From the NCBI RefSeq assembly GCF_009914755.1, contig NC_060932.1: a DNA stretch of 64,000 bases; one strand, written 5' to 3'. Source of the stretch: the human T2T-CHM13v2.0 reference genome, Homo sapiens. Of the stretch, positions 55,657 to 64,000 are shown piece after piece. Position numbers and translations under genes: made by a program. The notes beneath the pieces are model-generated. The model was not told the DNA's origin and ran no database searches. It saw only the letters and a program-made list of their open reading frames with translations. Numbering within the stretch: the first letter of the stretch is position 1; every line of letters starts with the position of its first letter.

Positions 55657-56684
55657 GAAAATACACGGAATACACACAATACCACATGTTCTTAAACATT
55701 CCCCATTCAAGAATTTAAAAACTCTTCATAATTATTAATTATACCTTCCATTAAGCATTTACATATTTCATTAAAGACAGATGGTCATCTAATAGTAGTG
55801 GAAATATTAAACTCAATCCACATCATTTTCTTGTGGGAAAACCTACTTTACTTCATAATCAAAGTTATCACAGAAGAAATAGCCCCTTTGAGGAACTTTG
55901 AATATGGTATGCTCTACAGAATCTCCAAAGATGAAAGGACAAGGCCCTATAGAGGGAGGAAAGCCCTTGAATAAGGCCCAAGGAATGAAGTAATATCAAA
56001 ATAAATTAGTGCCTAAGATGCAGCAGCTACATGTCCACAAACATGAAGTTCTATTCACAAGAAAATCATGACCAGGTACAAAATCATCACCTTCTAAAAC
56101 TCTAGGCCACCATAGTTAGGGAAGATGTTTAATAGTGTTACAATGGACAGATGTAAGAGTTGATTATTCTGCCAACTTCTGCTGTAATCCAACCCAAAAT
56201 GATCCTCCAGCTGAGAGGCTAGGGGCTTTAAACCTTTATCACTACTTTCAAATGTAGACATCAAAGGGCAGAGTCATCAGAGCAGATACAGTCACGTAGC
56301 AAAGCCATTGTACCTCCCTCATCTGGAAGCTCTCTCCCAAAAATAACTGTGAGAGAATTTACAGTGCCCATTGATGAGAGGCACTTCTTATAATTAGTTT
56401 TGATGACAATTTTAATTGAAGTTTAGCCCTTGAATACATGCATACAGAAAGAATGGGACATCTTTGAAAGAAGTGATGAAACTCTTATAAAGAGCCCAAG
56501 ACCCTTACAAAACAGATTGGAACAAGGAAACAACAGTGCAGTAGGCAAAGAAAGAGCCAAAAATATGAATTAAAAAATGAAAATGAAACTTTGAATATGA
56601 TGTACTCTATAGAATCTTGCTAAAAATAGGAAGTATTTTAGGACAGCTAAAAATTTTTATGATTGCATTAAGAAGGCTGTAATA

Positions 56685-56970
<286 letters not shown>

Positions 56971-57404
56971 AGCCTGTGCATATTCCAGGAGGCAGACGAG
57001 TTTGGCATGGCTGAAGAATCAGCAGGCAGAGCCCTCAGGCCATGGGTAGAGAGGAGGCTTGACAGCTGAGGCAAGGCTCTGATGTTTGCTGTGATAAGGG
57101 CTGTCATTCTGAATGTCCCCAGGTCAAACCATGGCCTCGTGCTGAAAACTTATGTAGAGGAAACTGAAATGAAGAGTAATTAGGAAAAGTATCAAAACAA
57201 TCATGTGTCTGCACTCTCGGAAAAAAGCTGAAAGTGCAACACAGCATTGACCCTGTGAAAACAAGTACAAGTTAAAAGTTGCTGGAATCCCTAAAACACG
57301 TTAAGCCTTGGGAGAAATGTGACTGTGCTCTGAGTCGTGTAGCACATCATCGTAACTCCTGCTTCTTAGATTACAGCAGAACTCATCCTCATCGTTCTTA
57401 TTCT

Positions 57405-57577
57405 GTCCCGAGTACGTGGTACCACAGGGGTACACCAGCACGCCCAGCTAATTTTTGCATTTTTTTGTAGAGACGGGGTCTCATCATGTTGCCTAGACTC
57501 AAACTTGGCCTCAAGTGATCCTCCCACCTCAGTCTCCCAAAGTGCTGGTATTACAGTCATGCCCCACCACATCCAAT
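57405..57577 (-). mobile_element. AluJ-like fragment (left arm plus part of right arm)
   Basis: 'cccagctaatttttgcattttttgtagagacggggtctc...ggcctcaagtgatcctcccacctcagtctcccaaagtgctgg'. Confidence 0.85.
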
Positions 57578-57616
57578 CTCGAATCATGTTTTTAAAAGGG
57601 AATCCATATAAACAGG

Positions 57617-57986
57617 TATATTAGTCTGTTCTCACACTGCTATAAAGGACTGCCAGAGACTGGGTACTTTATAAAGAAAAGAGGCTTAATTGACTTACAG
57701 TTCCCCATGGCCAGGGTAGCCTCAGGAAACTTACAATCACAGCAGAAGAGCAAGTAAACACATCCTTCTTCACATGATGGCAGGAAGGAGAAGTGTGAAG
57801 CAAAACAGGGAAAAGCCCCTTATAAAACCCCCAGATCTCCTAAGAACTCACTATCACAAGAATAGCATTGGGGAAATAGCCCTATGATTAAATTACCTCC
57901 CACCAGGTCCCTCCCACAACATGTGGGGATTATGGGAACTACAATTCAAGATGAGATTTGGGTGGGGACACAGCCAAACCACATCA
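57617..57986 (-). mobile_element. THE1D-like solo LTR with perfect 5-bp TSD
   Basis: 'tatattagtctgttctcacactgctataaag...gggacacagccaaaccacatca'; TSD acagg at 57612-57616 and 57987-57991. Confidence 0.93.
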
Positions 57987-58299
57987 ACAGGTGAGAGGGA
58001 ACTGCCAAATTCTTAAAAAGAAAAGTTGTAAGGATGAACTACACTGTATTTGTAAGCTTTGCCTCAAATGATATCTTCCCCATCCGTGTTCCCTGCTAAG
58101 ATACGCCCTTCCTGTGACATAGCAAGGAGCCAGGCAATGGCTGGACAGATACCTCTGTCAAGTGGGACTGGCCAGGGCGCCCCAGGACCACTCATGTTCA
58201 TGGGCCAAAGCAAGTCATGTTGCTAATTCCAGTCAATGAGAGCAGAAAATTATGTGCCCCTTAAATGAAAAGGAGATGTGAAAACAATTAAACCTATCT

Positions 58300-59310
58300 C
58301 AATTATCACACAATCTATAAAATCTATACAATGCAGGTAATAAAACCTGTTGCTTACCAGACAGTAAAGCAGTGCCTAAAATAAACAATGTGACACTGAA
58401 AATCAATAGACAGATCAATGAAACATGGTAGAAAAATGCAAAAATAAGTGCATGTACATAGAGAATCTTAGTAAATAATAAAGATGACATTTTGAAAACA
58501 CTGGAGAAAATTGTAATATGATGTTAGGATAACCAGACAGACATGTTGGAAAAAATGAGTATCGATTGCACTACTGACATCTAAGAAATACCTGCTGGGA
58601 CAAATCTTTAAACTTGGGAAATGAGATTAAAAATATTAAAAGGGAGGAACAATTTTTTAAATAATCAAGAAGCAAGCAAGAAGTCATAAGCAAGATGACA
58701 TTTCTGAGTGGCATAAAATCCAAATGTTATAAAAGTGAACACTAACAAATTTGACTACAAAAATAAATACATAATTTCTTCATAGCTAAAAAAAAAGAAC
58801 TCAAGGTGAAAAGAAACAAATTGGGAGAAGTATTTGCAATATTGCCATATTGGAAATGTTAGTCTTTTTAGTATATAAAGATCTAAGAATTAATAAGAAA
58901 TAATTCAAACAAGACAAAAAATTAAGTTGAATGGACATTTTACAGAGAAGGAAATATGAATTGTTCTCAAAAGAATTCTCAACAGTAATGCACAGTAATG
59001 ATTTCAATGAGGCATGTTTCTTCTTTCAGACTGAGGAATCTCAAATTTCTGACAACATTTTGTATTGATAGAAGTGTGAGTTCTTAAAGTGTAATAATAA
59101 TAAATAAAATTTAAAAAAAGGAAGTGTGAGGTAATCAGTACTCTCATATATTGCTGGAGGGAGTGTAAGTTCAATCTCTGTAGAGTTTTGGGCATTATCT
59201 ACCAACATTTAAAATTCAAAATGTTCTTTCACTAAAAATTCTACTTTCATGTATAGTTTATAGATATACTTACACATATATAAAAAATGCATGCACAAAG
59301 ATAGAAACTG
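58300..59310 (+). mobile_element. L1ME-like ORF2/3' fragment
   Basis: 'aatagacagatcaatgaaaca', 'tgggagaagtatttgcaa', 'ctctcatatattgctggagggagtgtaa'. Confidence 0.65.
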
Positions 59311-59906
59311 TATTCCCTCTGCCATCATTTGAACTCAAGGAACAGAATTAGATTCTAATTCTTGTTCACAGCATGCTTTTACCATCCATAAATGGCCCTT
59401 TTATTTAATTTGCTCTCCCTCATAATGTAGTATTTTCCACTGCAGCACCTAAAATAAATGCTACAACAATGAAGGTAACATATTCCAGCTACTTTCCATC
59501 TTCTCTCCTTCCCTCACCCAGTTTAACCACCATCTTGAAACCACATCCATAATATTCTGTTTTATGGAGGTTAATTGCATCTATATATATAGTACCAAAA
59601 AGTACATGTATTAAACTTGGTTATTACTTTTTTAAAAAATCTGTGTTGAATCTTACAGAATTTACTTTTCATTTAATATTTATAGCCAAAACCATCTACA
59701 TTGCTTGTACCACCTGTAGTTCAATCGTTTGAGGTACCATTGTGAAATCTGTCACTTTATTCCTGCATTCTTCCATGGATGGGCAGCTGGGTTGTTTCTT
59801 GGTCTTTACTTTTGTGAACAGCATTCACTTGTGTGAATATTTTCATTCATGTCTCCTGCTGAACATGTACATGACTTTTTTTTGGATACATCCAGGACCG
59901 CAATTG

Positions 59907-60340
59907 CTTGGAACCAACATAAATGTCCAACAACGATAGACTGGATTAAGAAAATGTGTCACATACACACCATGGAATACTATGCAGCCATAAAAAATGA
60001 TGAGTTCATGTCCTTTTTAGGGACATGGATGAAACTGGAAACCATCATTCTCAGCAAACTATCGCAAGGACAAAGAGCCAAACAGCACATGTTCTCACTC
60101 ATAGGTGGGAATTGAACAACGAGAACACATGGACACAGGAAGGGGAACATCACACTCTGGGGACTGTTGTGGGATGGGGGGATGGGGGAGGGATAGCATT
60201 AGGAGATATACCTAATGTTAAATGACGAGTTAATGGGTGCAGCACACCAACATGGCACATGTATACATATGTAACAAACCTGCACGTTGTGCACATGTAC
60301 CCTAAAACTTAAAGTATAATAATAATAAAATTAAAAAAAA
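59907..60340 (+). mobile_element. L1PA4/PA5-like 3' end (434 bp)
   Basis: 'aatgttaaatgacgagttaatgggtgcagcacaccaacatgg...cctgcacgttgtgcacatgtaccctaaaacttaaagtataat' plus A tail; ORF 59849-60115 carries ORF2 C-terminal residues. Confidence 0.95.
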
Positions 60341-60461
60341 GATAAATATTAAGGTTTAAGACACAGCCAATCTGCTTTCCAAAGATGCGCCATTTGAGAT
60401 CATCACCAGAAATGTCTAAGAGATTCTGTGGGTCTGTGTCTACTAAAAACTTGATAGTATC

Positions 60462-60827
60462 TGATATGGTTTGGCTGTGTCCCCACCCAGGATCTCATCT
60501 TGAATTGTAGTTCCGATATTCCCCACCTGTCATGAAAGGGACCAGGTGGGAGGTAACCGAATCATGGGGGCAGTTACCTCCATGCTGTTCTCGTGATAGT
60601 GAGTTCTCATGAGATATGGTTTTATAAGTGGCTTTTCCCCTTTTGCTTGGCACTACTTCCTGCTGCCAAGTGAAGGAAGACATACTTGCTTCCCCTTCCG
60701 CCATGACTGTAAGATTCCTGAGGCCTCATCAGCTATGGTGAACTGTGAGCCAATGAAGTCTCTTTCCTTTACATATTATCCAGTTTCAGGTATGTCTGTA
60801 TCAGCAGTGTGAGAACAGACTAATACA
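60462..60827 (+). mobile_element. THE1C/D-like solo LTR
   Basis: 'tgatatggtttggctgtgtccccaccc...gagaacagactaataca'; TSD gtatc/gtgtc. Confidence 0.93.
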
Positions 60828-61152
60828 GTGTCAAATTTTTAATTGTTGCAAATCCAAAGCATGTAAAACTGTCTCACTGAGGTGTCCAACAGTATTTTTC
60901 TCCTCACTAATGATGTGAACAATCTCATTTTATGTTCTATTGGCAAAGTATGTTTCCTGTTCTATTAAATGCCTGCTTACTTTTGGAAACTATTTTCCAA
61001 TGAGTTACTTTTCTCATTGTTTTATGAATGTTCTAAGTATATATTTTGTAAACATTCCACGTACACACTTGATACTAAGTTGTGTGTGAAAGTCTAATGA
61101 ATTGTTTCACTTCCTTTCATATATATGTTGGTATACAAGGGATCTAAATTTT

Positions 61153-61394
61153 TTTTTTTTTTTTTTTGAGATGGAGTCTTGCTCTTGTCACCCAGGCTGG
61201 AGTACAGTGGTGCGATCTTGGCTTACTGGAAGCCCCGCCTCCTGGGTTCACACCATTCTTCTGCCTCAGCCTCCCAAGTAGCTGAGACTACAGGCACTCA
61301 CCACCATGCCCAAATAATTTTGTGTATTTTTAGTACAGATGGGGTTTCACCATCTTAGCTAGGATGGTCTCCATCTCCTGACCTCGTGATCCAC
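61153..61394 (-). mobile_element. 5'-truncated AluY-like element with 14-bp TSD
   Basis: Homogeneous T-run tail, 'caccattct' and 'ttagctaggatggtctc' diagnostics; TSD gggatctaaatttt at 61139-61152 and 61395-61408. Confidence 0.92.
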
Positions 61395-62631
61395 GGGATC
61401 TAAATTTTAATAGTCATATTTATTTTTTCATTTGTAAACAAAGCTTTTTGCATGCTATTTAAGACAACTTTCCTTCTCAAAGGTACAAGATAGTTATGAT
61501 TTTAAAAAGTAGTTATATTTTATGTTTCATGTAATTCTTTAATGCTGCTGCAGTTAAGTGGAGTATATTGTATGAGATGATGGTCCATTTTCTTCATAAT
61601 GATAGCTGTTTTTCTAGTTCCATATATCCTGCCATCTCTTCTGTTCTGATATATTACATGCATGGGTCTTTTATGATCAACTCTGTTCCATTGATCAGTT
61701 GCATAACCCTGAGCCAACATCACACTTTCATAATTAATTTTATAATAAAGTCTATTAGGGCAAGTTTCTTTCTTTTCTGCTTTTTTTCTTCAGAAATGCC
61801 CTACCCATTCTTGGCCATTTCTTTTTCCTATAAGTTTAGAATTACATCACTCAGTTCCATGACAAAAAAATCTCAAAGATTTTGATGGGATTTGTATTGC
61901 CTTCATACATCAACTTGGGAAGAACTGGAATTTTTATAACACTCGGGCTTATTACAGGGTCATGGGAAGAAGAGTATCAACTATCTGTAAAGAATTACTA
62001 CAAATCAATTCGTATATATTACTTTAGATCTCTTTATAACGTTTTACTGCTTTCATTGTAGAGGTCTTACATATAAACTGTTTAGTTTTATTTCCATATA
62101 CATAATATCCTTTCATGTTATAAACAGTTTCTCCTTGATTTGATAATCTAAATGTCTGCTGCACTTATAACAAATTTTCCATTGGTTTTGTGGGATTTCT
62201 CTATACAAATAACCAGAAAGGGGAATCTGTGAGGAGTGGCTGTAATGTTGTGAGAGGAAATTTCTTCAGAGAAGAAATTCCTCGGGAGGAACTCAGATGT
62301 TGGCCTTCACCAGGTGACACTCCCCGAAGCTGGGGGTATGTTAAGTACCTTCGTCCCAAAAGTGGGTGGGGACTTGGGTATCAACTACAACCTGGACAAG
62401 ATAGTAGTCCAGGGTTACTATCCAGGTTACTAAATAATAAGCAATATTGCATTCCAGGAGCAATTCCAGAGATTGACACCATCAAAGACGTAAAGGATAC
62501 AGGATTGGGATCCCCTCTCATATCCCCATGCAATGTGCTGCATTTCTGACTCCTGCAAAAATCAGTTGGATTGTGGTGAATGATGGTTGACAGCAAAAAA
62601 CATAACCAAGTATAGTTCAGAGCTATTTGTA

Positions 62632-62684
62632 TTTTGCCGTTACTTTCAAAGGCAAAAACTGCAATTACTTTTGTACCAACCTAA
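62632..62684. mobile_element. MADE1 (Hsmar1-derived MITE), one arm truncated
   Basis: 'ttttgccgttactttcaaaggcaaaaactgcaattacttttgtaccaacctaa'|TA. Confidence 0.88.
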
Positions 62685-62911
62685 TACTACTGTGCCAGAT
62701 GTGGCATCACCACCAGAAGGGACCAACACATGCTCTGGTCCTCATGTGCAGCTTGAGGTAAGCACGTTCCTCTCAATAGGAAGAAACAAGCAGTCCATCT
62801 TCACATAACCAATGACATATTCTCTGTTTTGCACTCCATCTGTGCCAACTCTAGTCTTTGTTATAATTAGGTCACAGAGATCCTATTTATCGTAATACTT
62901 TTCTGAACATC

Positions 62912-63322
62912 TGTCTTGATTCATTTTGCATTCCTCTAAAGGAATAACTGAGGCTGGGTAATTTATAAAGAAAGGAGGTTTATTTGGCTCACAGCTCTGA
63001 AGGCTATACAATCAGCACTGCTTCTAGTGAGGCCTCAGGAAGCTTCAGTTCAGGGCAGAAATGGAAGGGGAACAAGCATGACATGGCCATGGCAAGAGGA
63101 AGGAAGGAAGAGAGACGAAGGAGGAAGGTTCCAGCTCTTTTCGATAGTCAGATCTCATGGAAACCAATAGACTGGGAACTCACTCATTACTGCCAAGACA
63201 GCACAAAGCCATTCAGGAGAGATCTGCTCCCAGGACCCAAATATCTGCCACCAGGCCCCAGCTTCAACCCTGGAGATCACATTTCAACATGGGATTTGGA
63301 GGAGACAAATATACAAATATCA
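62912..63322 (-). mobile_element. MSTB-like solo LTR
   Basis: 'aaggaataactgaggctgggtaatttataaagaaaggaggtttatttggctcacag...ccattcaggagagatctgctccc...gatttggaggagacaaatat'; TSD acatc/atgtc. Confidence 0.9.
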
Positions 63323-63562
63323 ATGTCACTTGGATCCAATACCGATTAAACCATTATGCCTGGACCTAGAGTACAGTGTTGAGTACCCTCAGGCCAGAAG
63401 ATGTCAGTAAGATTCAGGTACTAAATTCACTGGTAAGTTCTAAGAGTTCAGTGGCTCAGGGCATACCTGAATATCATTTCTAAGATACCAGTTGTTCCAC
63501 CTCCCAAATCTTATCCTAAAAACAGAAATGGCATGTGGTAGACCTCTTTGGAGTTTTATTGT

Positions 63563-63858
63563 TTTTAATATACTTTACTTTTTAGATCAGTTTTAGATTT
63601 GGAGAAAAATTACACAAAATGTAAAGAGAGTTCCCGTATACCCCCTCTCTCTGACACACTATTTTCTGTTATTAGGGCCTTGTGTTAGTGTCATACATTC
63701 ACTACAATTGATGAACCAATATTGATTTTTATTAATCACTAAGCTCAAAATTAACATTAAGATTCACTTTGTATTGTGCATTCTGTGGGTTTTGGCAAAT
63801 GTGGAGTAACATCCATTCACCATCACAGTATCACAGAGTAGAGTTTCACTGCCCTAAA
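63563..63858 (-). mobile_element. L1MC/MD-like 3' end
   Basis: 'ttttagatcagttttagatttggagaaaaatt...gagttcccgtataccc...acaattgatgaaccaatattga...gagtttcactgccctaaa'. Confidence 0.8.
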
Positions 63859-64000
63859 TGCTTAAAAAGGATGGACTATGTTTTTATGAAGCATTAGCCA
63901 TTATTAATTACATAACCATTCTTTCATTACTGAGTGTTAATTCTTTCTGATATTATTTCAAACTAGGCTTCAGTGAACATTGTTGTACATTATGTAAACA

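Larger units (their letters stand above)
59500..62210 (-). mobile_element. L1ME-like element, antisense, interrupted by L1PA, THE1 and AluY
   Basis: 'gatgggcagctgggttgtttc', 'ctgctttccaaag', 'ctctgttccattgatc', 'catcaacttgggaagaactgg'. Confidence 0.7.
62425..63560 (+). mobile_element. Decayed ERVL-class internal pol (reverse transcriptase) fragment, interrupted by MADE1 and an MST LTR
   Basis: ORF 62190-62549 ends NNKQYCIPGAIPEIDTIKDVKDTG..SPCN, resembling ERVL pol NQKQYRIPGGIAEISATIKDLKDAG..SPFN; later TVPDVAS (=AVPDVVS); 'gtagacctctttggagtttt' resembles VGLFGFW. Confidence 0.8.

Noticed and set aside
57617-60827. The two THE1 LTRs as the ends of one provirus
   Set aside because: They are in opposite orientation, each has its own TSD, and there is no THE1 internal sequence between them.
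62230-62400. Possible cognate ERVL LTR upstream of the pol fragment
   Set aside because: Only vague resemblance; termini and family could not be defined.

Overview
AT-rich, CpG-depleted primate (human-like) genomic DNA that is almost entirely interspersed repeat: old L1M/HAL1/L2/MIR, MaLR LTRs (MLT1, THE1, MST), LTR40, a decayed ERVL pol fragment, DNA transposons (Tigger3b, Tigger4, MER53, MADE1, MER5), about 9 Alus and several primate L1PA/L1PB copies. No cellular protein-coding gene can be supported. The only recognisable protein ORFs are broken L1 ORF2 (40.0-43.5 kb) and ERVL pol remnants (62.4-63.6 kb). There is one 3'-truncated 7SK pseudogene (22381-22611, minus strand). I see no evidence for a novel multi-gene biological system. 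The best observations are mechanistic scars readable from the sequence: two locally templated insertions (31981-32348 copied to 35000-35357; 45847-45983 copied to 45381-45545), three L1 5'-inversions of different ages, nested insertions, a near-consensus CTCF motif inside Tigger3b, and a non-repeat CpG/palindrome patch at about 16.7-16.9 kb. Repeat subfamily names come from my recall of consensus sequences, and boundaries of old repeats are approximate.
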